The notes beneath the pieces were generated by a model, which was given only the letters and a program-made list of their open reading frames with translations, was not told the DNA's origin and did not search any database. Of a stretch of DNA of 64,000 nucleotides, positions 27,358 through 41,764 are shown piece after piece; the first letter of the stretch is position 1; each line of letters starts with the position of its first letter. Source of the DNA: Eledone cirrhosa (lineage: Eukaryota); assembly GCA_964016885.1 (NCBI GenBank), contig OZ024743.1, positions 340,566,001 to 340,630,000 on the forward strand, read 5' to 3'. The translations under genes and the position numbers were made by a program.

Positions 27358-30030
27358 TTTATTAAAAACAAGGGTTAACATCAAGAAAAACACTAGGACG
27401 ACACAGGACAAAAACAAAGAATGTTTGCGTTTAAACAGATTTAACAATAGTGAAAAAGAGAGGTAACAATAAAAAATAAACAAAGGGAATTCCTCAATAG
27501 CGGAAGACGTTCGAGGGCTGCTCGTAGAAACCCCCATAAAACTACGGGTGCCCTGATCTCTAGGGCAAGGGTCTTTCCCAGTTGTCCTCCTCCAATCTAC
27601 AGGTGCACACTCAAAAGTGAGCCCATTCACTCAGGCCATACTCGCCTCTTTCACTCACCTTACAACAAACTGCTTGAAAGGCAGTACTTCCTTCTCTACC
27701 CTAATTTTTCTCTTGAAGTGAAATCTGAAAATGTTCATCAGGGTTTCGTTGAAGAAAAGAGTGCTAGTGTTCAACCCTTTCAAACGTATCTACCACACAA
27801 CCTCTTTTGCCACGGCCACCAGACAGAGAAAAAAGAGCCTGCCCTTCCTGGGTAAAGGTCGATCTCCACAATGGACTCAGCTAGTAGCCAGATTCGTCCT
27901 ACACGCGTCAGCAGGTGTTTGACATAAAACCACAGGTTAGCAATGCTCGGACACTGAACGATTGCGTACAGGATGTTTTCGTTGCCCTAAGAACATCTCG
28001 AACAGACCCAGCTAACGGCACTTTCATGCCTGTAGAGTTTATCCTGAATTGGCAAAGTTCCCCGGTAGCACTGCCCGGCCAAGGAATATCTGGAAATTAT
28101 CCTTGGGCCCTGGACCGAAAGTCCTCCCGAAAGGAGTAGCTAGTTGATTTTCGTTGATTTTCCAAGCAGGTCATCGTTTTTCCCCGCCCCAACCCTCTAT
28201 AGAATCCCATGGTAGAGTTTCCACCGATCGTACAGCCCGATTAGTAGAAGGCTGTGAGCGTTTGAATACATTCCAGTTTCCAAGCGCTCCCTCTCGATAT
28301 TCGCTTAACTCATGACTAGAGCTCCATTAAGGAGACGAGCTGGGAAAACATTTGTTTATTGAACGGAAACTACACCGGTTCACCATTAAAGAAAATGTGA
28401 AGATGTGGGAAATCTGCCCTTCTGCCGCCAGTTGTAGGAGATGTCTACCAAGAAGTTACCGAAAACGTCTGGTATATAAACGTAAAGTTCGTAAGGGCAG
28501 ATCATCCAAACCAGGCGATTCAGCACTCATGCAGTTAGTCATTGCCTCCCGTATTTCTGCGACCGTTATTGGCTTTTCGCAACACTTCGCCTCCATCATT
28601 GAGAGACGAGGCAGGTCATCGATGTAGGCAGTTAAGTCCATCTCACGATCCGGCCATCAGCTGTTTCTGAACAGTTAGGCGAAGTGCTGTTGAAAGGTGC
28701 ATAAATCAGTTTGGGATCGACTAACATGCACCCGTCGTGTTGCATGCACCAAAGATTGGATTGTAGCTTTGTTGCCACGCCGCACCTCCGCCACTCGGGC
28801 CCATTGAACAGTTTTCATCTCCTCGTGTCTAAGAGCATGTGCCTGACCACGCAGCCTTCGTACTTAGCATTGAAGAGTTGATACAGAGCTAATCTCGCGC
28901 CAGAACCCGATTCTTTTCTAGTTTTTAAACTAGTTTTTTTTTCTATTGCTCAGCTTTTACTAAACCTTATCGATTCTCCTCTAAATGCCCCTCTCAGGGC
29001 GTACCACCACTTGCTGATGATTGCCCCCTCCCATTCCGTCAACGCCCGCTTAACTAATTCACCAATCCGGTCTCTGTATGCTTTACGTACCGGGAATGTG
29101 GCGTTCATTTTTCAGTAAACCGGGTCCTTGCTTATGGAGCCTATCTAGACCTAAAGTCATATCACAAATGTTTGGTCTATGTATTCGACTAGATTCAACG
29201 AGGAAAACCTACGCTATCCTTGTCGACATCCCTACAGAATATTCTATTTAGATATGATCTGGGTGATCCGATGCACTAGTGTATGTCCACATTGGCATAT
29301 TTGGGAAATCCAGTAGGTACCTGTCAGACTGTTGGAAGCGTCTGAGCAGGTTTGTAAGGCTTTTACACCATCCTCCCCTACCCACAGTCACAGCGAGCAT
29401 CTAAGATACCGTTCCAGTCGCCCACTAACACGAAAGAGCGGGACGTTCTTAGAAAAGTCTCCAGGTGCCTGAAGGAATCAGTTCGTCCTGCCCCTGTTGG
29501 AGAATAGACGGCGACAATACTCAAGGCTTGTCCTTCTCTGCTGGTCACGTCCAGCAGCACAGATTTACCTTCTCAGGCCATGGAGATGGTCAGTATTGCA
29601 AGATCCAGGCCTTTCCGAAACAACACATAAACTTCACTTCCAGATCCCGCATGGCTTGGAGATGCGTACACGCCGAAAATGGATGCGAAGGTTCGTGCGT
29701 CGGAAACTCTGGTCTTGCTGATGGCAACTACATCTATGTCCAGTGATCCGAGGTCGTTGAGCAGGTGACTCTGCTTCCAAGACGACCCCAGGTCACGTGT
29801 ATTTACACTGCCTATCTTGAGTGTGGCCATTTGCAATGAAGAGGAAGAAAAAGTGGAAACGAAAATAAATTATCCCTTTTACAGGGGACCACAGTGTACT
29901 TCTTTGCAAAGGTCTCGCTTTTGAAGAATACCGAGATGATCCAAAACGGCTTGGTCCATGGCACGTGCTGGATGTGCGGCATTAAACTCATCAGAGTTGC
30001 CCCATGGGGGCAGCTCTGAAGGGTTTCTCT
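27358..30030 (-). mobile_element. Decayed Tx1/L1-clade non-LTR retrotransposon with internal deletion
   Basis: APE start LKIGSVNTRDL, VAVYSP, VLVGDWN; RT start SPGLDDLP; 3' region homologous to 45325-46330. Confidence 0.8.
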
Positions 30031-31625
30031 AGCTTATTACACAAACGATTACTAATACCCACTCTCTCTATCCACACACACACACGTATGTAGTGGTATC
30101 GTTTACATGAAGCATTGTGGAATATGAAAAAAAATAGTTATAAATATTTAGGCAACAATGCTAGGAAAGAGAGAAAGAGACGAAAATAATTGACAAAAAC
30201 AATGGAATCGCAATGTTATCTGGGAAATATTTCATACCTCCTAATGTTACAGTTACGATGGGACATGTTAAAGAACTTCCGGAAAAGTGGCGTATACTTC
30301 CATTGTTTTTGAGTCTATTGCAATGATATAGGCTTCCTAAAACAAATTGACTCTTTCATACATATATATATATATATATACGATATATTAACAAATGGAA
30401 ACTATATTTATAAAACCATATTTATTTCATTATACATATTTCAAGGACACCAAGTTAAATTATGGTGTGCTTTCATCAGATAAAATATAATATAGATCAG
30501 TTTTATAAATAAATATTGACATACCCTTAAAGAATGCGACCATTTCTGTTGAAAGCTCCCGGATAGTGGGGTTATACATTTATTTATTCTATTATGCAAA
30601 TTAGTGTCGGATATGTTTAAATCACAGTAGATTTTAAAAAAGCCGTTGGGGTATGGAGAAAGGGAAAGAAAAGAAAGAAAAAAAAGAGAATAAAGAGCAA
30701 ACTCTAAGAGGAAAATAAGAAAACAAGAAAAAGAGAAAGAGAAAGAGAAGAAAAAAGAGAAAGAGAAAGAGAAAGCTCTAAGTGATAGGTTGTTGTATTA
30801 GCGTAACTTTTAAGATGAAGTGAAAAAATAAATATTTATTGGATGAGTAAAGAAGAGTAAATAAGCGTGAATAGAAAATAAATAAATAATAATAACTGGA
30901 GAATTTTAACCAGTGTTTAAATATGATTAAATTATCAATTAAATTATCAATTATTATGTTTAAATATGATTTAATTATCAATTAAATTATTGAGATCTAT
31001 ACATTAAAATTGAGATCTATATATTATTAAAAAATCTATATATTATTAAAACTATATATTATTAAAATATCTATATATTATTAAAAAATATATTCATATA
31101 TATACATACGCACACATATCTATATATACATATAAATATATATACATACCTACACATACATACATATACATACATACAATAAATGACTTTTTATGTTTAA
31201 GATATAGGAATTTTTCTAAACTTATAGATTTTTCGGAGAAACTGGAGAAAAAACCGGAGAAAATCATTTCTATGTAATAGCAAAACAGCGTGAAGAAAAT
31301 TAAGTTATTTACTTATATTAAATGTTATAAATGTTAAGATAATAAAGGAAATTTAAGATTATACAAACCTTATGTTATTATACAAACCTTATATTATTTA
31401 ATAAATTTATAAATTTTATATCTAATAAATCCACCTGTTATTTAATTGTGACTGTTATTATATAAGTTTGTTTATCATAAACCGTAAGAAATCCCTTATA
31501 ACCGAGTGCATTCGAATTGTATGCATATATATATATATATATATACACAACCCCCACATAGATACACATATACATATATACACATACCGGTAGACATGCA
31601 TCATACATATATATATATATATATA

Positions 31626-32739
31626 TATTAGAAAGATCGAGTATCGAAAAATCGGCGCACGAGTTCACGATAAACGAGATTCGATATGAGCGGCAGAGGG
31701 CTCAATAATTCAGATGAATCAGAGCTATAACTATCGTTAAAATACCGTCACATATAGAACAAGTCTACAATCAACCATACGATTTAAAATCGATAGAGGA
31801 AGATTCGGGACAAACAGATAAAAAATATCAATAAAACAATACGTCAATAATTTAAATGAATGTAAAATCATACCCGGACCCACTAGACAGGTATTAAATC
31901 TAGCTTCATGGGTTTCTGTAAATCCTTAGACTGTACTCTATCAGCTCACATATAAATATAAAAGCCTACTAGAGTAAGCGGAACGGAGTTTTACTTTCTC
32001 AACGAGTTTTTTCCTGGCGGCAGAGGAGCCAACTACCAGTGAAAAACGCACATGGCATTAGACAAGGGAGATGACCCCTATATCCGCGAAAACAATTCGA
32101 GTGAATGTGGAAATACACATATCGAATTAGAGTGCTCAATAGACATGTTAAAATAAAACAAAAGCTATTCATCACTCAATAGAATCGACAAAAAATGAGC
32201 AATAAAATTAACTGGTGGATAGCTATGTCCAGAGCTAAATATATTAGAAAGATCGAGTATCGAAAAATCGGCGCACGAGTTCACGATAAACGAGATTCGA
32301 TATGAGCGGCAGAGGGCTCAATAATTCAGATGAATCAGAGCTATAACTATCGTTAAAATACCGTCACATATAGAACAAGTCTACAATCAACCATACGATT
32401 TAAAATCGATAGAGGAAGATTCGGGACAAACAGATAAAAAATATCAATAAAACAATACGTCAATAATTTAAATGAATGTAAAATCATACCCGGACCCACT
32501 AGACAGGTATTAAATCTAGCTTCATGGGTTTCTGTAAATCCTTAGACTGTACTCTATCAGCTCACATATAAATATAAAAGCCTACTAGAGTAAGCGGAAC
32601 GGAGTTTTACTTTCTCAACGAGTTTTTTCCTGGCGGCAGAGGAGCCAACTACCAGTGAAAAACGCACATGGCATTAGACAAGGGAGATGACCCCTATATC
32701 CGCGAAAACAATTCGAGTGAATGTGGAAATACACATATC

Positions 32740-32743
<4 letters not shown>
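31626..32743. repeat. Non-coding 616-bp tandem unit (1.8 copies) inserted in (TA)n
   Basis: 31626-32127 repeated at 32242-32743, apparently identical. Confidence 0.92.
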
Positions 32744-32784
<41 letters not shown>

Positions 32785-35165
32785 TAAATATAAAGTACAT
32801 AGTATATAATAGTACAAAGTATATAATAGGAAATATATTCTTACAATTATAAGCAATATTACTTTAAAGCAATATAATTTAAAAAAAAATATTACAAAAT
32901 ATTTTAAGATATAATTTTAAAATAAGAATATGTCTAAAAAATTCAGTATAATAATTTAAATTTTTTATATATTTTTTTATATATAATATTTAACTCTCAG
33001 TATGTTTAACTTAATTTTTATAACCATATGGGAAATTTTCAAAGGAAAAGAAAGAGAAACTTTCAAAAGAGAAACTTTCAAAGAAAATATTTTCCCCTTT
33101 TATGAAAAATTTTCTAGGAAAATTCTTTTTTATATTTGAGAGTTTTAAGCAGTTAAATGAAGGAATCTAATGATTTATCGATAGGTTCAATATATTAATA
33201 GAATTAATTATATATTACATTTTAAATTTATATTTAAACGTTGAGTTCAATCTATATCTGCAGCAACTGAAGAGATTGCTCCTACGTTCACGGAATTTTT
33301 GCTTTTTAATATAAAGAATATTTCCTCTATACAAAGATCACAATTTTCTGAAGAGGAGTTAAAAGGAGTAGCTTTTGAAATAATATTCCAAAGTAACGAA
33401 TATTTAACGTTCTTTAATTTAAGATCCCATAATAAGCTAGTTAGAGAAGTTGAAGATTTTTTGTTTAAATGAGTTTTTATGGTTATTAAAACGAGATTTT
33501 ATGGTTATTAAAACGAGATTTAAAATACGTGGAAGTAGATCCTACATAATTAAATGAATTTAAATTAGTTTATACATTACAATTATATACTATATTTTTA
33601 GCTAAGCAATTGTTATTTAACGGACAGTTAGATTTATTTCTCCAGTTACATTTATCAAATTGGATATTGTTGGGGTTATTAGTGGCATTTTGGTTAGGTT
33701 TTAAATTTCGATTATTAATTCTATTAATATTCTGCGATAAATTTTTGGTGGATGAATAAGTTAATTTTATAGTATGTCTATTAAATATTGAGTAATATCT
33801 ATGTGTTCCAGGGAAGCATTTGTCAAGAGCTTTAAAGAATAGTTTAGCAATAGGAGTTTTAATATTTAATGAGAAAGGAGGAGCGAACCATAATATATTC
33901 CTAGTTCTATTTCTTTTTTTGTTTTCCGAATTATTGTAAGGTTTTCTATTATAGTTGTTAAAACTGTTAAGATGATGGTTAGTTGTTATATTATTATTAT
34001 CAATATATTCTATTTCTATATCCAGCTCTACCTAACGCTTCGTTGTAATAATGTGCTTTACCATCAAATATATTCTTATTAGCTGAAATTCTAGAAATGC
34101 GTTGCTGTACAGAATTCACTATAGTATTTTTAACGGATCTGGGGTGATTAGAGTTAAAATTAACGTAGTTTAAGTTCTCGTTTAGTTTGTGAAATGAATA
34201 ATGAAGACATGTGTTAAGGTTTAATGTTACATCTAGAAAATTAACTATTTTATGGTTATTCTCTATTTCTACTTTTAGATTAAGGTAATTAAAAAATTGT
34301 ATAATTTCTTTTCTTTTCCTATTTAATTCAGTTATTATTTTCGATAAGTAATATCATGTCGTCACGATATAAACCTCCGGTCATCTCAGGTATTTTTCTA
34401 TGTAGAGAATTATTTATAAAAAGGCCCACAAGATCCGTTACCTGAACGGAATCGAATGATCACATAGTGATATCGAAATTGTTATTTCTATCTGCTCTAG
34501 TCCAGACTTGGTTGTTAAATTCTATTAATGTTTTCCGTGCCGTTAAGATAATGTGCATTTCATTACTAGTTAAGTCTGTATGTTTAAATGCATATGTTAG
34601 TGCTTTATTAAGTAGATTAGGAGTGATGGATGAGTAATAATTAGCAATATCCAATTGAATAAACTTATTATAGTTATATTTAATTTCCTTAAACCATTCG
34701 ATAACTTCATTAGTTCCTTTCCATAATTTTAAATAAGATAATTCCTTAATTTGTGGTATTATTCTGTCTAAAATATTCTTGCTAAGTATGCCAAGGTCCG
34801 ATTTAGATGGTGCAATTAATCTGACTGGTAATTCAGTTTCAAAGTTCCCTTTGTGGTCCTTCATATTAATTTTAGGTTTCCTTGGCATGAAGGGTTGTGT
34901 CTTATTTTCAATGCCTAATTCATGCATTATATAAGAGTCATCTGTATTCAATTTTTCAAGGTCGTCATTAGTTGTTATTTTGTATTTCTTCCTTAATTCC
35001 TTTAATATAAGATCGTTAAATCTACTGTGATTTAAACATATCCGACACTAATTTGCATAATAGAATAAATAAACTTATAACCCCACTATCCGGGAGCTTC
35101 CAACAGAAATGGTCGCATTGTTTAAGGGTATGTCAATATTTATTTATAAAACTGATCTTTATTAT

Positions 35166-35228
35166 ATTTTATCTGATGAAAGCACACCATAATTTAACTT
35201 GGTGTCCTTGAAATATGTATAATGAAAT
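35166..35228 (+). ncRNA. Type I hammerhead ribozyme (mirror copy 30425-30487 on minus strand)
   Basis: AUUUUAU CUGAUGA...ACACCA/UGGUGU...GAAA UAUGU AUA AUGAAAU. Confidence 0.72.
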
Positions 35229-35377
35229 AAATATGGTTTTATAAATATAGTTTCCATTTGTTAATATATCGTATTTTTACACCAGTAATTTGTTGAGTGC
35301 TTTATATCAGTTATAAAAATATTTGCTTGTCGTATCCCAACAATTTAAATAGAACTTCTACACATATATATATATAT

Positions 35378-36635
35378 ACGGTTGATTCTATTTATTTATT
35401 TTATTCTATATTTCATATTTTATATTTTATTTGTAATACTACTGTGCATTATATTTACTGTCTGGCGCTTACTCACTCATCCATATACATGTCTGTCTAC
35501 CAACCTTGTAATTATAAGTAATTATATATTATATTATATTAATTTATTTTATATAATATATTATATTATATTGTATTTTTTATTGTAATATTGATCCTTA
35601 TTACTTACCGTTAATTATATGTAACATTATGATATGTTAAACTTTATATATCATGTAAGATGTTTGTACTTTTGTACCATCAACATTTTTTTGATGTATT
35701 GTACAATTTATTTTTCCTCACCTACTCTGTAACCCAGTATGAATTGATTTGTTAATTTGAGTACCTTTATATTGTTTATTATAAATGTTAGTATATTGTA
35801 TATTGTAAATGTTAATATATATTATTATTATATTATTATTGTGACATCTATATTGTTTGTGCAAATTAACCGGAGATTATCTATCCTATTATATTGTATT
35901 ATATAGTATATAACTGTATTATTTATTATTTATTATATGTGCTACTTATAATTATATCATATTATTACCACATGTATATTGGGTAGATGTATTAGTATTA
36001 TTATTATTATTATTTTCATTCCTATCATGCTTATTTTTATATTCAAACACTTAATAAGGTTTAATTTGTGCAGTTGAGGATGGATGTGTGTATTGTTGTA
36101 TGTGTATGTGTGTGTACGTGTGCGCACATATATACATATGCATATTGTACCTTTTGATTTTTATTGTAATTTTAATGTTGGTAAAGATATATTATATTAT
36201 ATTATATTACATTGTATTATATATAATTCCTGCTCTATATAACCATCTTTGTTTAGCTCTAGGTTGTTTTGCTTTGGACTATATTTGTAATATGGTTCTT
36301 AATGTTATATACATCCTTAGTAATTTTTATTATATATTTTTATTATTTTTATTATATATTTTTGCAATACTTTAGTGTATGTACACTCCATATTCTTCGG
36401 AGCTTCCGGCTTGTATCTGCCGATATTACTTCTTGTTGTTTTAATTGCCCTGATGAGTCCTTAATAGGACGAAACATTGTCGGCTAATAAAGACTTTTGA
36501 TGTATTGAAGGCTTCTTTGTTTTACTCTCTTAATTTTTCGGCTCTGTTTAACTACATTGAGCTATACCTTTTACTGTCATTTCTATAATACGAAGAGGGT
36601 GTTTAACTCCAACACACTCCAGTATTTTAACCCTT
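35378..36635 (+). mobile_element. PLE 3' UTR remnant with canonical hammerhead and tail
   Basis: AT-rich UTR between (TA)n tracts; tail motif CTCTGT...TACATTGAGCTA shared with ~560-600. Confidence 0.65.
36446..36485 (+). ncRNA. Minimal type I hammerhead ribozyme
   Basis: GCC CUGAUGA GUCCU uaau AGGAC GAAAC auu GUC GGC. Confidence 0.9.
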
Positions 36636-36654
36636 ATATATATATATATATATA

Positions 36655-37410
36655 AATAAATGTAAACTGAATTTTTCGAATATTAATAATAATATTCGAT
36701 TCGTTTGCAAACAGCCTCATTTTTAAGGCCATGTCAGTAGAATGAGCCCCTCATTCTTGCTTTTGACAGTTGGCAGGTGAACAGTGAACTGCACTTATGA
36801 AGAGTGATACCCATAAACAAGAGCAATAATGAGGGGTTCATTCCACTGACATGGCTTTAAAATGAGGCTGTTTGCATAATTGCAAACAAATCGAATGTTA
36901 TTATTAATATTCGAAAAACTCAGATTGCATTTATTGTATTCAGCCATGTACAGCGATACTTTTTAAAACATTTATTTGAATATGGGAAAGCCGGACATTC
37001 ATCGCTCGTATACAGGAAACTGACTGGCCTGTCTGCTGATATGCAAATCTGGTTGATCAGTGGATCTGCTAATATGCAGATCTGACTGATCAGCCAGTCT
37101 GCTAATACGCAAATCAGGCCGTCAGTCACTATATTTTAGAAAATATCATATAATTTAACTAGCTCTGACAGTTGGCAGGTGAACAGTGTGCTGTACTGAT
37201 GAAGTGTGATACCCAGAAACATTAGTGTCTGCAGTTCTGTTTACATGTCAACACAAGAGCAAGAATGACGGGTTCATTCTACTGACATGGCTTTAAAATG
37301 AGGCTGTTTGCATAATTGCAAACGAATCGAATATTATTATTAATATTCGAAAAACTTAGATTACCATTATTGTATTCAGCCATGTAACGTAGAGCGATCA
37401 TTTTTTATTT
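36655..37410 (+). mobile_element. Non-LTR retrozyme-like tandem element (~436-nt monomer) with inverted 5' arm
   Basis: Direct units 36764-37165 and 37166-37410; inverted arm 36655-36761; one hammerhead per unit; no ORF. Confidence 0.75.
37191..37234 (+). ncRNA. Type I hammerhead ribozyme
   Basis: CUGUA CUGAUGA agugugauaccca GAAACA uuag UGUC UGCAG; decayed copy at ~36789-36818. Confidence 0.75.
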
Positions 37411-37414
37411 TATT

Positions 37415-37492
<78 letters not shown>

Positions 37493-37682
37493 GTCACCGA
37501 TCTGTCCAGCTCGTTTGACCGCAACTGTATAAAAAGAAACCTGCATCTCCTATGCATTTCATCTGACAAGAACATGTTTTTCCTATTATGTTATAAATAA
37601 GCCTTGAATCTTCGAAATATATATAATAAAATAGAGATAATCTAAAGTAACTATCTTTTGCTTATTATTATTATTATTTTTA

Positions 37683-37872
37683 TGGTGGATTGGCAGTATC
37701 GGTATAGGGTCGGACGCCATGCTTTGACGCATAGAGTTACGGCCCTTGCCTTTCTGAGTTCAAATCCCGCCGAGGTTAACTTTGCCTTTCATCCTTATGG
37801 GGTCGATAAAATAAAGTACCAGTAATACACTGGTTAATTGCTGGCCTTGTGCCAAAAGTAGAAATAATTATT
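37683..37872 (+). mobile_element. tRNA-derived SINE
   Basis: Homologous to 15998-16190. Confidence 0.88.
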
Positions 37873-38397
37873 ATTATGATATATATATATAAAACATACG
37901 ATTTATCGAGGCGCCTGGTTGATTTTGCAATATTGAATTTCTTAAGGACAGAAAATAAATGGCCAACTGCCACTGTATCTCTTGAATTTCGATCAAATGC
38001 GTTAACCTCCATGCCAAATGGCAGCTGACATCAGTTTCTCTCTAAATCTGGAACTATATGCAACGGCTAGAACCGGAAATAAGCAAATCTTAACGGCTTA
38101 TACTGTATTTGTATGATTTAAAATTAGAATGATTGAAATCCAGAGATTCGCTACAATGACAATAGTGTTAGAAAATCCAGTAAAATACCCATAGTGGTAG
38201 AAAATAAATATATACAGTAAGTATAAAGCGTTAAGAAAAATGTCTTTGTGATAACATACTCCAGTTAGGAAAGCTAAACTTCTATTTTATTTTATTAACT
38301 TTTTTTCCTTAACTTCTTAATATTATATGATACACTACATTTTCAGTCCGTTTTCCCGTTGTTTTGTTCGTTGTCTTTGTTCTGTGTGCGCCTTGTT

Positions 38398-38441
<44 letters not shown>

Positions 38442-38487
38442 GCACGCAAAGGCACGCGCACACACAAACACAGACACAGACACACAA

Positions 38488-38554
<67 letters not shown>

Positions 38555-38557
<3 letters not shown>

Positions 38558-40049
38558 ATAATAATAAATTTGAAGACTAAAATCCAAAGAGGGCTCGATA
38601 AGGATAAATATATATCAAATATATAAGAACCGTAGAGCAAATATTTGGACGAATTCCCCCAACGCGGGCGGTGGTTTGTACAGTGATGATGGTCTTTTGA
38701 CCATGATTAAGTGCGGCCCTCGTGCTTGCGACAGGTTCAGAAAAGAACTCACAGCCTTCTTTAAAGGCCTCAACCTCTCTATCAGGTTGAGGCCAACCTC
38801 TCGGTCGTTAATTACCTCGACTTTACCCTCAATTTATCGAATGGCTTGTATTACCCGTATAGAAAGCCGAATGATACGCTTAATTACATAAGTAAGCATT
38901 CCAACCATCCTGCCAGCATAACCAAGAACCTGGTAAGAAACGTTTCGTTGAGGCTTTCCCATCTATCTACTAACGAGCATATTTTCAACGACATTCCACT
39001 TATTACAATGAAGCTCTTACTCGGAGTGGATTTGTCGATAAGGTAGCATATACAGAGTACGAGAATAGACCTAGAAGAAATAGATCCCGTCGCATTATAT
39101 GGTATAACCCACCATATAATATGGAGATGGCCACACCATTAGCTAAGATATTTCTATCCCTTATTACGAAGCATTTTCCCCCTACACATAAATATAGTAA
39201 AATGTTTAATAGAAATACTATTAAAATTTCTTACTCTACGACACCTAACCTTGCACATAACATCACAGCTTCAAATTTAGCTAAACTACCTAGCCGTAGG
39301 AACAGGTGCAATCCTGTAGTTAGTACTAACTGTAATTGTAGGAATCGGGTTGATTTCCCCCTATCCGGGAAATGCCTCTCTAGTAACATTGTCTACAAAT
39401 GTAAGGTTGAAACACCCACGTCCCGTAGGGCCTACATAGGGTTAACCGCCAATAGATTCAAGCAGCGTCTTTACATGCATACCCATTCTTTTCGTTACCC
39501 TCTAAGAAGGAATATGACGTCACTTTCAGCTTATATCTGGAGTCTAAAAGACAACCACACCCAATATAAGTTACACTGGGAGATCCTAGCTAGGGGTAGA
39601 TCGTATAACGGAAATAAAAGACCGTGTTACCTCTGCGCCGCTGAGGCCCTGGAAATACTCTACGCCACAGACCACATCTTAAACAAAAAATCTGAGGCAA
39701 TTTCGACTTGTAAACATAAATTGCAAAACTTTCCTGTATTACAGACCCACGTTATACCCCAACGGATAGTACGATCTATACGTGTATATATTACGTCTTG
39801 ATGTGGTAGCTAAGTATATGTTATGTTTATACCATTACTTATTTGCATAGGTAAGTATATATTACCTGTATGTTTTGTGAAGGGAACGTTTCCACGAACC
39901 AAAGTATCGTCTTCCTGTCTTCCTCCGGTTGCAACGTTTTTTGAAATAGCCACTTCTGCGTTTACAGATTGACTTTGTTAGTTTCAGAAAATCCCGTTAA
40001 GGGTGAAAGCAGCGATTCTTTGCTTAAACTTTAATCTGTTATTTAATAA

Positions 40050-40055
<6 letters not shown>
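38555..40055 (+). mobile_element. 5'-truncated PLE, same family as 11145-13372, with 3' UTR deletion
   Basis: ORFs 38676-39801 nearly identical to 12105-13230; same 5' cap but a different junction. Confidence 0.93.
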
Positions 40056-40131
<76 letters not shown>

Positions 40132-40689
40132 TGACTGAGAAAGGGAGAAAGAGAGAGATTAATAGTTAATGTATATAATAATAATTTGCATATTATAAAA
40201 AGATACTGAGGTATGATTTCAGGGAAATTTATCTTTCTATATCCAACAGTTGATCCGACTACGTAGACGCTTCCTCATTGGTTTCCTATCAAATAATATA
40301 TTGTAGTAATACCTGGTTTGAAATCAGAAGAATACATCCGGCATATCGATCGTTGTCTTGTCAAAGAATAAATATATTGAGCGTAATTTCATACCAATTA
40401 GCATGCTACAGATGTGGTTTGGAAATCAGTTCCGTTGAGCAGAATGGTTTATGGTTGTGAAGAGAGAACGTGACAAGATGTTTCTCTTGAATACAGAATA
40501 CTGTATTTAAGAACCAATGAAGGGAATAAATCTTTACGTAATGGACATTTTCGGACAACTGTTTATACAATACTAAACATGATAATTAACTATACAGCCA
40601 TATAGCTATTGCTAACTTATTTAATGCAGGGAGCATAAGGAAGTTAATGCAGGGAGCATAAGGAAGTTAATTTAAAATTAAAACCAGAT

Positions 40690-41723
40690 ACATAAGAAAT
40701 GACCTTATGCGTATCCGGAATAAATGCATGAAGACAAGGGACCAGATCAATCATTCGTGGTTATACTGAAGACGAACGGATACCCAACATCCACAGTGAA
40801 TCGTCTAAGGAATCAAAGGCACCGCATACATAAGACCTCCTCTAACAGCTGCTTCACGAGAGTAGCACACTTCAGCAAAAACAACCAAAACTATCTGCAG
40901 AGCCACCCACAAAGGAGGACTGGACATACAATTAGCCCTTCACTGCGTGGATACCTAACTAAAAAGCAACCCAGAGACAACAACAACCAATGCACGCTAA
41001 CTAACGGCCATCTCCGCAACACAGGCATCTGTCAACGGATACATGTGGTATACCGGATCGAATGCAACAAATATAAGGAGTTCTACATTGGTAGCATGCC
41101 TCAAGCGCTCCACACCCGCATTAAAGAAAACCTCAACACACATGCATCCACATTGACAAGTGCAGAAACACCAACAAACATATAACAGTTAATATTGAAG
41201 CCAGAGACAAATTTGGGCAACTTAAGAATAAAGGATGTATTGCTTATACGTAGACTCAACCCACAAATCAATAACAGAATGGAACTCAACACACCATACT
41301 TGACATAAAAGGACACACCCCCACTCACACATATGCAACCTAAACAGCAATTTACACGCGAAAATTGATTCCATGAAATATTACATTAGCAATTGACGTC
41401 ATCCTCCAGCTTCTTGTGAATACTATAGCAACCATCAACAATCCTTGAAAGCTGATTATAAATTTTATATCTAAATCTAATTTCAGAGAAGAGACCGGAA
41501 TATTTTTTCTCGGAGAGTTACTTATACCCTGGCGAAAGGAATTATAAGTCCCGAAATATTAGGAGAAAAGAACCCCCCCCCCCCCCCCCCCAAAAAAAAA
41601 AAACAACAACAACAACAACAACAACAACAAAAACACAGATTACCAGGTAACTAACTTTTTCGTTGCTTTCATCTTACTGTCCATTTTGCATTGTTTGGCC
41701 TTATTACATATATAACTTCCCAC

Positions 41724-41725
<2 letters not shown>
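40690..41725 (+). mobile_element. Decayed PLE (Penelope/Poseidon-like) 3' fragment
   Basis: LKTNGYP, VVYRIECN...FYIGS, HTRIKE; related to 58845-60703; degenerate hammerhead ~41525-41563. Confidence 0.8.

Positions 41726-41758
<33 letters not shown>

Positions 41759-41764
<6 letters not shown>

Larger units (their letters stand above)
30381..35360 (-). mobile_element. PLE (Naiad-like) with inverted 5' arm plus tail
   Basis: 30381-30632 inverted at ~35018-35272; tail 35273-35360; ORF remnants 33250-35020 (KDHK, VRLIAPSKS, LDIANYY, YRDD, WFAPPF, YVG). Confidence 0.92.

Noticed and set aside
37280-37312. SECIS-like hairpin with AAAA loop
   Set aside because: Lacks the 3' GA of the quartet and the stem is too short
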